The notes under the pieces are model-generated. The model searched no databases and was not told the origin of the DNA. It saw only the letters and a program-made list of their open reading frames with translations. Shown here in pieces: positions 9,718 through 19,706 of a DNA stretch of 58,890 nucleotides (positions are counted from its first letter, which is position 1; each line of letters starts with the position of its first letter). A program made the translations under genes and the position numbers. Source of the DNA: a virus (taxonomy: Duplodnaviria > Heunggongvirae > Uroviricota > Caudoviricetes); the IMG/VR virus record IMGVR_UViG_2526164617_000008, one strand, 5' to 3'.

Positions 9718-10010
9718 AAATGTCTCCCTGTTTTTTTATGGCTTATGCAGTTTGCCATCCATGACGGAACGATACCGTATCCGCCTGTTTAGGTGTGGGC
9801 GATTGTAACAGCACGTCAACTGATGTCCAGACGCCCTGATTTGCTGATTTGATCATAGCCTGGTAATCGCCGCCCTGTAGGCTACTTGATTCTATAGAAA
9901 CAGAAAAAGGCAAACGCAGCCTTTTCTACATTTTCAGAGTAACTCCCGCCAGTTGCGAGCAAAAAAGCCGCTACGCTTTAGCTATACGTGCTAATTCAAG
10001 AGAAGAGACC

Positions 10011-10943
10011 ATGGACAACGACAAAATTGATCAACACAGCGACGAAATTGAAGTTGAGAGCGAAGAAAAAGAGCGCGGCAAAAAAATAGAAATAGATGAA
10101 GACCGACTCCCCTCCCGGGCGATGGCAATTCATGAGCATATCCGCCAGGATGGTGAAAAAGAGCTGGAACGCGACGCAATGGCGCTACTGTGGTCAGCCA
10201 TTGCGGCGGGTCTGTCGATGGGCGCTTCGTTACTGGCAAAAGGGATATTTCATGTCGAACTGGAAGGTGTGCCGGGCAGCTTCTTACTGGAGAATCTCGG
10301 TTATACCTTTGGTTTTATTATCGTCATAATGGCCCGCCAGCAATTATTTACCGAAAACACCGTGACTGCGGTACTACCCGTCATGCAAAAACCGACAATG
10401 AGCAACGTTGGCTTACTTATGCGGTTATGGGGAGTCGTGCTGCTGGGTAATATTCTCGGGACTGGTATTGCTGCGTGGGCATTTGAATATATGCCTATCT
10501 TCAATGAAGAAACTCGCGATGCATTTGTCAAAATCGGCATGGATGTGATGAAGAACACCCCCAGCGAGATGTTTGCCAACGCGATCATTTCCGGCTGGCT
10601 GATCGCCACTATGGTATGGATGTTTCCTGCAGCAGGTGCGGCAAAGATTGTGGTGATTATATTGATGACCTGGCTTATTGCCCTAGGTGACACCACCCAT
10701 ATCGTGGTCGGTTCTGTTGAAATCCTCTATCTGGTGTTTAACGGTACGCTGCACTGGAGCGATTTCATCTGGCCCTTCGCACTACCTACTTTAGCGGGGA
10801 ACATCTGCGGCGGCACCTTTATCTTCGCGTTAATGAGTCATGCACAGATTCGTAACGACATGAGCAACAAGCGTAAAGCAGAAGCACGCCAAAAAGCAGA
10901 ACGTGCGGAAAACATTAAGAAAAATGATAAAAACCCGGCATAA
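10011..10943 (+). CDS. yfdC: Formate/nitrite transporter family inner-membrane protein YfdC
   Basis: 310 aa, multiple TM segments; conserved position between mlaA and argW. Confidence 0.85.
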   Translation: MDNDKIDQHSDEIEVESEEKERGKKIEIDEDRLPSRAMAIHEHIRQDGEKELERDAMALLWSAIAAGLSMGASLLAKGIFHVELEGVPGSFLLENLGYTFGFIIVIMARQQLFTENTVTAVLPVMQKPTMSNVGLLMRLWGVVLLGNILGTGIAAWAFEYMPIFNEETRDAFVKIGMDVMKNTPSEMFANAIISGWLIATMVWMFPAAGAAKIVVIILMTWLIALGDTTHIVVGSVEILYLVFNGTLHWSDFIWPFALPTLAGNICGGTFIFALMSHAQIRNDMSNKRKAEARQKAERAENIKKNDKNPA

Positions 10944-11018
10944 ATGGCGAGGGTTTAAGCAATCAAGCGGCAGCGTACTTACCCCGCACTCCATTAGCGG
11001 GTATACTCATGCCGCATT

Positions 11019-11093
11019 GTCCTCTTAGTTAAATGGATATAACGAGCCCCTCCTAAGGGCTAATTGCAGGTTCGATTCCTGCAGGGGACACCA
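11019..11093 (+). tRNA. argW: tRNA-Arg (anticodon CCU)
   Basis: GTCCTCTTAGTTAAATGG...CTCCTAAGGG...GGTTCGATTCCTGCAGGGGACACCA; cloverleaf with CCU anticodon and terminal CCA. Confidence 0.9.
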
Positions 11094-11254
11094 TTTATCA
11101 GTTCGCTCCCATCCGTACCAGTCCGCAAAATCCCCTGAATATCAAGCCTTCCGTATATTCACGGTTCGTCATGGTTCGCGTCAGATCGTTGACAGCCGCA
11201 CTCCATGACGGGTAAAAAGTGGATAAAATAATTTTACCCACCGGATTTTTACCC

Positions 11255-12412
11255 ATGCTCACCGTTAAGCAGATTGAAGCAGCAAAGCCGAAAGAAAAAC
11301 CATACCGCCTTCTCGATGGTAATGGCCTGTACCTTTATGTTCCTGTATCCGGGAAAAAGGTATGGCAGCTTCGCTACAAGATTGACGGTAAGGAGAAAAT
11401 CCTGACCGTCGGAAAATATCCGCTTATGACTTTGCAGGAAGCAAGGGATAAGGCATGGACTGCGAGGAAAGACATCTCGGTTGGCATCGTTCCGGTAAAG
11501 GCGAAAAAGGCTTCGTCTAACAACAATTCATTTAGTGCGATTTACAAGGAATGGTACGAGCACAAGAAGCAAGTCTGGTCAGTAGGCTATGCAACTGAAC
11601 TTGCCAAAATGTTTGATGACGACATTTTACCCATCATCGGCGGTCTTGAGATTCAGGATATTGAGCCGATGCAACTGCTGGAAGTAATCCGCAGATTTGA
11701 AGATCGCGGTGCAATGGAGCGAGCCAACAAAGCCCGCAGAAGATGCGGCGAGGTTTTTCGTTACGCTATTGTCACCGGAAGGGCTAAATATAACCCGGCA
11801 CCTGACCTTGCAGACGCCATGAAAGGATACCGCAAGAAGAACTTCCCGTTCCTTCCAGCAGACCAGATGCCTGCATTCAACAAAGCACTGGCAACATTTT
11901 CAGGAAGTATCGTATCGCTCATTGCGACCAAAGTTTTACGCTACACAGCCCTAAGAACAAAAGAGCTTCGTTCCATGCTATGGAAGAACGTCGATTTTGA
12001 AAACAGGATTATCACCATCGACGCCAGTGTGATGAAGGGACGCAAAATTCATGTGGTCCCGATGTCAGACCAGGTGGTTGAACTTCTCACTACGCTAAGC
12101 TCAATCACCAAACCAGTCTCAGAGTTTGTTTTTGCCGGGCGCAACGATAAGAAGAAGCCAATCTGCGAGAACGCGGTATTGCTTGTGATCAAACAAATCG
12201 GCTATGAAGGTCTGGAAAGCGGTCACGGATTCAGGCATGAATTCAGCACGATTATGAACGAGCACGAATGGCCTGCTGACGCTATTGAAGTGCAGCTGGC
12301 ACATGCCAACGGCGGATCTGTGCGCGGTATTTACAACCATGCTCAGTATCTCGATAAGCGCAGAGAAATGATGCAGTGGTGGGCGGATTGGCTTGATGAA
12401 AAAGTGGAGTAA
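11255..12412 (+). CDS. intS: Tyrosine integrase adjacent to argW (IntS / P4-type)
   Basis: Phage integrase N- and C-terminal features (GFRHEF...HANGG...RGIYNH..Y); start taken at MLTVKQ, alternative upstream start at 11219. Confidence 0.85.
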   Translation: MLTVKQIEAAKPKEKPYRLLDGNGLYLYVPVSGKKVWQLRYKIDGKEKILTVGKYPLMTLQEARDKAWTARKDISVGIVPVKAKKASSNNNSFSAIYKEWYEHKKQVWSVGYATELAKMFDDDILPIIGGLEIQDIEPMQLLEVIRRFEDRGAMERANKARRRCGEVFRYAIVTGRAKYNPAPDLADAMKGYRKKNFPFLPADQMPAFNKALATFSGSIVSLIATKVLRYTALRTKELRSMLWKNVDFENRIITIDASVMKGRKIHVVPMSDQVVELLTTLSSITKPVSEFVFAGRNDKKKPICENAVLLVIKQIGYEGLESGHGFRHEFSTIMNEHEWPADAIEVQLAHANGGSVRGIYNHAQYLDKRREMMQWWADWLDEKVE

Positions 12413-12632
12413 TCCGGACCGTACTTCTTTATCCAGGCATAAAGGCTGTGGGTAGTGATATCGAGACGTGTTGCAACGCTGGCAACAGAATAACCGCGAT
12501 CAACAACCTGTTTGACTGCTTCAGTTTTAAACTCTTCGGGATAACGCTTACCGCTCATGGGCACCTCTCTTTAAGCCATCTTAAATGACTCTGAGGTGTC
12601 TGTTAAACCCGTGGCGATTCAAAACTGCGTGT
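12413..12632 (-). mobile_element. IS3-family fragment: left end plus 5' part of orfA
   Basis: MSGKRYPEEFKTEAVKQVVDRGYSVASVATRLDITTHSLYAWIKKYG HTH orfA N-terminus; abuts the integrase stop. Confidence 0.55.
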
Positions 12633-13111
12633 TACGTTCGCCCTGGACTGTTGCGATCGTGAAGCCATAGACTGGGCCGCAAGCACGGGAGGTTACGATA
12701 AAGCGACAGTGCAGGATGTCATGTTAGGAGCGATAGAAAAACGCTTTGGCGATAAAGTACCGGAACAGTCCATCCAGTGGCTGACAGATAACGGTTCAGC
12801 GTATAGAGCGCATGAAACACGGCAGTTCGCCAGAGAGTTGAATCTGGAGCCCTGCACAACGGCAATCAGCAGTCCTCAGAGTAATGGAATGGCAGAAAGG
12901 TTCGTGAAAACGATGAAGGAAGACTACATCGCGTTCATGCCGAAACCGAATGTAAGAACGGCATTGCATAATCTTGCAGTGGCGATCGAACATTACAATG
13001 AAAACCATCCGCACAGTGCGCTGGGTTATCGCTCTCCGCGAGAATATCGACGTCAGCGGGTAACGTTAACTTAAGATACACCCCCTGTCTGGAAATAAGG
13101 GGGCAAGAACA
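12633..13111 (+). mobile_element. IS2-like (IS3 family) fragment: 3' half of orfB plus terminal inverted repeat
   Basis: ...[16 protein letters not shown]...[13 protein letters not shown]...[12 protein letters not shown] parallels IS2 InsD C-terminus; IR-like ctgtctggaaataagggggca at the end. Confidence 0.55.
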
Positions 13112-13115
13112 ATGA

Positions 13116-13867
13116 TCAGATTCCCTGGTGAGTAAGAATTTTACTTTCTGAACTCCTCTGAGAGTATTGACTTGGAGAAACACCAAAATAACGTCTAAAT
13201 ACATAAGTAAAGTATGAGACACTGGCATAACCACAGACCTTAGCTACTTTACTAATAGGATAACAACGAGTGCTGAGTAAATATTCAGCCATTTGCATCC
13301 TCTCATCAAGTATGATCTTACTGAATGATACCCCCTCTTCTTTCAATTTCATCTTTAGTAAACTTTCGCTGAGATATAATCTTGATGATATATCCTTAAG
13401 ACGCCATGGTGCAGATAAATCCGTATGAATAATCGTTTTAACTTTAGCCCTGTGCTTTTCAAACATCCAAACAGAAATACTCCAAATTGTTTTTCAGAAG
13501 AAAATGCAGAGAGACATGTAAAAGCAATAGACTCATCAAAAATTTCTATGTATTCAGCACAGTGATTAGCCCAACTAATTAATCCTTTAATTAAACTGAA
13601 GTCAGCAAAGTTTATTTTTAAATAAGATGGATATTCCCTACAATCAGAAATATCCCTTAAGTTATTAGCTTTCAAATAGCGACTAATAAACTCAGCGCCA
13701 AAATCCGCCACTATCACTCTTTCAGGATATGTCAGGAAAAAATCTCTAGAGCTAGAGTCGACAAGTACAGATGAACCTCTCTCCAGAAACACACTCTCTT
13801 TTCCGAAATAAACATCAAAGGACTCCAAAATCAATATAACTGAACATGTAGTTGCCATATCATCCAC
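13116..13867 (-). pseudogene. AraC-family regulator (AppY-like prophage regulator), frameshifted
   Basis: C-terminal AraC HTH (13116-13466) and N-terminal domain (13355-13867) in different frames with about 110 bp overlap; IS1 begins 7 bp upstream of the start. Confidence 0.6.
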
Positions 13868-13888
13868 CCAATTGGTAATGACTCCAAC

Positions 13889-14392
13889 TTATTGATAGTG
13901 TTTTATGTTCAGATAATGCCCGATGACTTTGTCATGCAGCTCCACCGATTTTGAGAACGACAGCGACTTCCGTCCCAGCCGTGCCAGGTGCTGCCTCAGA
14001 TTCAGGTTATGCCGCTCAATTCGCTGCGTATATCGCTTGCTGATTACGTGCAGCTTTCCCTTCAGGCGGGATTCATACAGCGGCCAGCCATCCGTCATCC
14101 ATATCACCACGTCAAAGGGTGACAGCAGGCTCATAAGACGCCCCAGCGTCGCCATAGTGCGTTCACCGAATACGTGCGCAACAACCGTCTTCCGGAGACT
14201 GTCATACGCGTAAAACAGCCAGCGCTGGCGCGATTTAGCCCCGACATAGCCCCACTGTTCGTCCATTTCCGCGCAGACGATGACGTCACTGCCCGGCTGT
14301 ATGCGCGAGGTTACCGACTGCGGCCTGAGTTTTTTAAGTGACGTAAAATCGTGTTGAGGCCAACGCCCATAATGCGTGCTGTTGCCCGGCAT
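13889..14392 (-). CDS. insB: IS1 InsB
   Basis: 167-aa frame including the A6C slippery region. Confidence 0.85.
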
Positions 14393-14586
14393 CCAACGCC
14401 ATTCATGGCCATATCAATGATTTTCTGGTGCGTACCGGGTTGAGAAGCGGTGTAAGTGAACTGCAGTTGCCATGTTTTACGGCAGTGAGAGCAGAGATAG
14501 CGCTGATGTCCGGCAGTGCTTTTGCCGTTACGCACCACCCCGTCAGTAGCTGAACAGGAGGGACAGCTGATAGAAACAGAAGCCAC
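14311..14586 (-). CDS. insA: IS1 InsA
   Basis: 91 aa, zinc-finger CPSC...CSHC, GTG start. Confidence 0.85.
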
Positions 14587-15274
14587 TGGAGCACCTCAAA
14601 AACACCATCATACACTAAATCAGTAAGTTGGCAGCATCACCAGCCTTCTTGAGGCTACCACCTGTTTTCAGGTGTCATTCAGACGTGATTTGCCCCAGAT
14701 TGGGAAAGCACGCTTTTTTCTCAGCTATCGTCCTCTTATTTTGCCGTTACATTTCTTTTTGCACTCTAATGATTAATTTACAATAATAATATCGGTAATT
14801 ATTGAGTAATAATAAATTGATTATTGCAAATGTAATTTAATTCCATCTTCGCGTTATATTCCAATCTTTAATCTCCGCATGGAACAAGTTGCATGCGTGA
14901 CTATATTAAGACAACTTATAACCACCAAAACATTTGCTTTGCAAGCAAAAACAGTGACCATTGACTCTAAGAAAATTCCGATCTATTGTTAGGGTCATCA
15001 AAGTTACTTAACAGTATTCCGAAATGAAAATACAAAGCAAGCTAATTGTCTTATTAAACATTATTATTGCATTTATATTATTTGAGCTTTTAGCTCAAAA
15101 ATTTGGTTTGAGTACATTATTTTAAAGCAAGATAAACAATATCGGGCACTCTAGTTTTTATAATTAACAATTAAACGTCCATAAAATGTTATTTACTTTT
15201 CTTCGCTATTGTCATATCTTAATATAGTGGCTTACGCCACTCTACTTTCATCACATTTTGTACGTTTATGTACT

Positions 15275-15305
15275 CGCCATGAAGCTCTTTCATGGCGATT
15301 TTTTA
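15275..15305 (+). terminator. Intrinsic terminator in ORF-free AT-rich region
   Basis: cgccatgaagctctttcatggcg followed by attttttatt. Confidence 0.45.
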
Positions 15306-15390
15306 TTCTTAATCCAAGAACATACTCCCTACCTATAGCAAAATCACTTTTTTAACAAAAGAATAACGTATTTAGGTAATCATTACGAAT

Positions 15391-15972
15391 TTACCCTATA
15401 GGTGCTACTGGCCATTCAATATCCGGTGCAGTTGATGTATCAACACGGTTCAGCAACACCCGATACTTTTTCCAGGCTTCCAGCAACAAGGTTTCTTTCT
15501 CCGTTGCGATCTCCAGATCCACAGCATCCTGAAGCGGCGCTATATGCTCACTGGCTACCTGCATCAGGCTGTTTTTTGTTTCTTCCGCCTCCCGGATCCG
15601 GAACAGTTTTTCTGCTTCCGTATCCTTCACCCAGGCTGTGCCGTTCCACTTCTGAAACTCCCCTTCCGGGGATAACCAGGTGACATTTTCCGGTAATGAG
15701 CCGAGTTCAGAAATAAATAACGCGTCGCCGGAAGCCACGTCATAAACCGTTTTACCCCGATGATCTTCAACGAGATGCCACGATGACTCATCACTGTTGA
15801 AAACAGCCACGAAACCAGCCGGAATATCTGGCGGTGCAATATCGGTACTGTTTGCAGGCAGACCTGTATGAGGCGGAATATATGCGTCACCTTCACCAAT
15901 AAATTCATTAGTTCCGGCCAGCAGGTTATAAATTTTTATGGTCCGTGCTTGTTCACTCATTCTGAATGCCAT
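15391..15972 (-). CDS. tfa: Tail fibre assembly protein Tfa
   Basis: 193 aa, lambda Tfa-like, directly downstream of stf. Confidence 0.8.
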   Translation of the reverse strand: MAFRMSEQARTIKIYNLLAGTNEFIGEGDAYIPPHTGLPANSTDIAPPDIPAGFVAVFNSDESSWHLVEDHRGKTVYDVASGDALFISELGSLPENVTWLSPEGEFQKWNGTAWVKDTEAEKLFRIREAEETKNSLMQVASEHIAPLQDAVDLEIATEKETLLLEAWKKYRVLLNRVDTSTAPDIEWPVAPIG

Positions 15973-18900
15973 TATGCGAGCCTCACAATATAGTTAAATG
16001 CGATGTTTTTGACGGTGTTTTCCGCGTTACCAGCAGCGTTAACGGTGATGGTGTGTCCATGTGAACCAATCGCAACAGAGTGCGTATGAGCACCAATACC
16101 GACAGTATGCGCGTGTGCACCCGCAGATGCTGCTGTGCCGGACAGTGAGTGTGTATGGTTTCCTTCTGAAGATGATTTACCTACCCATTGGGAGGTGCCA
16201 CTGGTTAATGAGCCACTGATACCAACCTGATTAGTCCCGCTAACTTGAGTACTCCCTGCCGGAAACATTCCAGTAGGTTGACTCCCGCTATTCGTTCTGG
16301 GCCCAGTCTGACTATGTTGGTGGGCCCCAGCTGAACTTGTAGAGCCGCTCAGACTGTGCGTATGCGCCCCGGTGTTATTCGTGGATTTAGTGCCGTAATC
16401 AAACGACGATGTGGTTTTCGTCCCCAAATCCGTACTGGATGCGCTGGCGCTGTGGGTGTGCGATTTAATGCCATCCTGTTCCTGAGACAATACGGCACGA
16501 CCACTGGCGGGCTTGCCCTTAATCGTCCAGCCACGCATATCAGGGATCACGCCTGACGGATAAGCGGCTGCAAGTTTCGGGTAAGCAGATTTGTCAAAAG
16601 TCTGCCCCTGCATCAGGGCATAACCAGACGGAACGGTATCTGATGGCCACGGGATTGGTGCACCGACTGGATAAAACTCTGCAGGAGGATGAGCCGAGGT
16701 GTAAAGCTGCGCCCACGGCGACCAGTTTGCGTCGGTCGTATCCCGTCGTGAACGAATAAATGCCGGAGCATGAGCACCGCTTGTACCACTCCAGCCGATG
16801 AGTAACTCACCTTCGCCAACGGCTGTCATCCCTTTCAGGTGAATGATATTTCCATACGCTGTTGGATATCCGTTGTTATACACCTCGTATAACTCAAGAC
16901 CTGCTGCCCCCTGCGTATTGTCTGTCAGCGCGGCTACCCGACCTTTTGAAGCCAGATTAACTGATGATACTGCTGTTCCACCTGACGGTAGCGCCCCGAT
17001 CTCTGATGCCGTTGGCTTATTTCTGGAGTTATAGTCCCTTCGCCAGCCAGGTGAATAATCTGTTCCGTGATTAATATAGGTAAACTGGGCGTTGGTTGTT
17101 CCGCCACCGCTGGATGTGGTCGGAGTGGTAATGCGGATCGTCATCGCTGACTTTATCCCCATTACTTCAATGACAGCTCCGGCGAGATGAATATTACCGC
17201 AGCCAGTATCAGTAATGATTTTATTATTGCCATAAGACCAGGAACCCTTGCACATCCAGTATGGATGGTTAAATGCTCCCTGAGAATCCAGCCACTCGAT
17301 AAACTGTGCAGTCGTCCAGTTTCCTGTTGTTGTGCTTACTGACCCACCGAAGGCACGGCAGGCACCAATATTTTTCGTAAAGGTGTCTTTGCCAGGGATA
17401 TCCGCACCGTTCTGATCTTTCTGCAGACGTTTCTCAGCATTGTCATTGGCTGCTTTTACTGCCTTTGGCGTTGCCGCCAGCGTTTCAGACGTGCTGTTGG
17501 TCGCGCTGCTTAGCTGGATTATCCCTTTCTGTGCTGTCGTTGCATCCTGTGCGGTGTATTTCCCGTTAGCCAGGTCATACGCGGCCTTAACGGCTTTTGG
17601 TGTTGCCGCCAGTGACTCGGAAGTGCTGTTAGTCGCACTACTGAGCTGTACTATCCCCTTTTTCGTCGTGCTCGCATCCTCAAGCGCCACGGCGGATGCA
17701 ATATCCTCTGCCCGTTTTGCCGCTGTCTCAGCGCGCGTTGCTGCAGATTCCGCCGTACTTTTGCTCTGAGCTGCTGCCGTCGCACTACCAGCAGCCTCTG
17801 TCGCCTTCGTGGATGCCGTCGTGGCGCTGCCCTTCGCTGCTGACGCCTGTCTGGTCGCCTCATCTTTTGAAGCAGACGCCGATGATGCCGATGACGCCGC
17901 CGAACTGGCGGACGATGCGGCAGCCGTTTTTGAGGATTCTGCACGGGTTTCCGACGCTTTCGCGTTCGTTTCGGATGTCTTCGCTGCGGAAGCTGACCTC
18001 GCTGCTGCCGTGGCCTGCTCAGTGGCTTCGCCAGCCTTCGTTGTGGCTGTTGAAGCGGATGATGCGGCGCTTTCTGCCGATTTTCCGGCGGCGGTGGCAC
18101 TGGCTGAGGCCTGCCCGGCACTTGTTGACGCGGCGCTGGCAGACGACGCAGCCGCTGTTTTTGAGCCTGCCGCAGCTGAGGCACTCTGTCCCGCTGCCGT
18201 TTCAGAAGACCTGGCGTTCGTCTCGGACGTTTTGGCCGCCTTCGCAGAATTTGCAGCCGCCGTCGCCGAGGAAGCTGCGCTACTGGCGCTTGATGATGCG
18301 TTCGTTTCTGATGATTTTGCCGCCTCTTTTGAAGCCGACGCATCCCGGGCTGAGGTGGCAGCTTCTGACGCTTTCGTGGTCGCGGTGGATGCAGAAGTGG
18401 CTGCTGATTGTTGTGACGCTGCCGCATTCGTTTCTAACGTTTTCGCCGCACCGGCACTGGTAGCCGCCGCGCTTTTTGAGGACTCTGCAGCGGCAGCACT
18501 TTTTGAGGCTTCAGTGGCCTTTGTTGATGCCGTTCCTGCGCTGGAAGACGCTGACTGAGCCGACGAAGCGGCCTGTCCGGCTGACGTGCTGGCTGCACGT
18601 GCTGAATCTGCAGCATCAGTCGCATGGGTTGCCGCCTCACGGGCTGATGTGCTGGCATCGCTGGCTGATTTCTTCGCGGCTGCCGTGTTCTGTGCCACCG
18701 CGGACGCGTTACGCGCCACCTCTTCCACCATCAGCTCAAAACGGCGCAGTGCCTCCGGACGGGCATCATCCTCCGTCATGGCACCGAGAAAATCATTCAG
18801 CGTACCGGGTCGGGAATCTTCATACACGGTGATGGTCCCGGCATGTGACGGCGGGAATCCTTCCACCAACAGAATAACGCTGTACTGACCGTACTCAACG

Positions 18901-19061
18901 TCCATGCTGTAACGCCCGGCTTCATCCGGATTTTCTGAGGCCAGCGTGTTCACCACCACCGTGGTGCTGTTACGTTTTGCTTTCAGCTGGATTGTGCAGT
19001 TCTGTACCGGTTTTCCTGTGCCGTCTTTCAGTACACCTGAAATCTTTACTGCCATATTCAC
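15972..19061 (-). CDS. stf: Side tail fibre protein Stf
   Basis: 1029 aa; lambda Stf-like N-terminus [17 protein letters not shown], long Ala/Ser-rich repeat region, His-rich C-terminus. Confidence 0.85.
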   Translation of the reverse strand: MNMAVKISGVLKDGTGKPVQNCTIQLKAKRNSTTVVVNTLASENPDEAGRYSMDVEYGQYSVILLVEGFPPSHAGTITVYEDSRPGTLNDFLGAMTEDDARPEALRRFELMVEEVARNASAVAQNTAAAKKSASDASTSAREAATHATDAADSARAASTSAGQAASSAQSASSSAGTASTKATEASKSAAAAESSKSAAATSAGAAKTLETNAAASQQSAATSASTATTKASEAATSARDASASKEAAKSSETNASSSASSAASSATAAANSAKAAKTSETNARSSETAAGQSASAAAGSKTAAASSASAASTSAGQASASATAAGKSAESAASSASTATTKAGEATEQATAAARSASAAKTSETNAKASETRAESSKTAAASSASSAASSASSASASKDEATRQASAAKGSATTASTKATEAAGSATAAAQSKSTAESAATRAETAAKRAEDIASAVALEDASTTKKGIVQLSSATNSTSESLAATPKAVKAAYDLANGKYTAQDATTAQKGIIQLSSATNSTSETLAATPKAVKAANDNAEKRLQKDQNGADIPGKDTFTKNIGACRAFGGSVSTTTGNWTTAQFIEWLDSQGAFNHPYWMCKGSWSYGNNKIITDTGCGNIHLAGAVIEVMGIKSAMTIRITTPTTSSGGGTTNAQFTYINHGTDYSPGWRRDYNSRNKPTASEIGALPSGGTAVSSVNLASKGRVAALTDNTQGAAGLELYEVYNNGYPTAYGNIIHLKGMTAVGEGELLIGWSGTSGAHAPAFIRSRRDTTDANWSPWAQLYTSAHPPAEFYPVGAPIPWPSDTVPSGYALMQGQTFDKSAYPKLAAAYPSGVIPDMRGWTIKGKPASGRAVLSQEQDGIKSHTHSASASSTDLGTKTTSSFDYGTKSTNNTGAHTHSLSGSTSSAGAHQHSQTGPRTNSGSQPTGMFPAGSTQVSGTNQVGISGSLTSGTSQWVGKSSSEGNHTHSLSGTAASAGAHAHTVGIGAHTHSVAIGSHGHTITVNAAGNAENTVKNIAFNYIVRLA

Positions 19062-19063
19062 CC

Positions 19064-19095
19064 CACAAAAAAGCCCGCCTGAACCGGCGGGCTGT
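19064..19095 (-). terminator. Intrinsic terminator downstream of lom
   Basis: Minus strand gcccgccggttcaggcgggc followed by tttttt. Confidence 0.5.
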
Positions 19096-19119
19096 CATAA
19101 CACTGTGTTACCTGGCTAA

Positions 19120-19636
19120 TCAGAATTTATAACCGACACCCACGATGAAACCGTCAGTGCGCCAGAGACGTGTTGCTGTGGCGACCGTCATCACTTCCGG
19201 TCAGCACATCGTGCGTTTTCCCCTTATTGTCAGTTACGCGGATATAATCCCCGGAAAAAGTCGACACACGGCTGTAAGCCACACCCGCCATCGCATACGC
19301 GCTGAACCATTCATTCACGCGCACAGACGGCCCCGCCATCACGCTGAACCAGCGGTTACGCACGGAATCTTCATGCCAGCGGGTATCGCTGTAACGGGTC
19401 AGCTGGCGATTCTTGTCTCCTGCATAGCTGAATGACGTCACCAGCCCCAGCGTATCCGTAAACTCATAACGGTATTTCACGTTAATCCCGTTCAGATCAT
19501 CACTGCCGGGAACGTTGGTCCGGGCATGAAGATACCCCGCGCTCAGCGTGGACTGATGTTCAGACGCCCATGCAGGCGCACCGGATACGGCCAGGCAAAT
19601 GGCTGCGGACAAAATGGCTGCACAAACTTTACGCAT
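19120..19636 (-). pseudogene. lom: Lom outer-membrane protein (Ail/Lom/PagC family) with internal deletion near the 3' end
   Basis: Signal peptide and barrel match lambda Lom to ...HSNTSLA; the conserved C-terminal DGFIVGVGYKF is in another frame about 30 bp downstream; about 104 bp missing. Confidence 0.75.
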
Positions 19637-19706
19637 AATTACCTCTCGCTTTTCTGCAATAAAAAAGGCGTCATTCCTGACGCCATTTATTGGGGTTATA
19701 AATATT

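Larger units (their letters stand above)
13874..14641 (-). mobile_element. IS1 copy 2
   Basis: 768 bp with canonical ends ggtaatgactcc and ggcagcatcacc; no target duplication. Confidence 0.95.

Noticed and set aside
17440-18888. Several large overlapping ORFs on both strands inside stf (up to 258 aa, Arg/Pro- or Ala-rich)
   Set aside because: Frame artefacts of the GC-rich Ala/Ser repeat region of stf.
15972-19061. CRISPR array or other non-coding repeat
   Set aside because: The only extended repeats are in-frame coding repeats of stf; no repeat-spacer architecture exists anywhere in the window.
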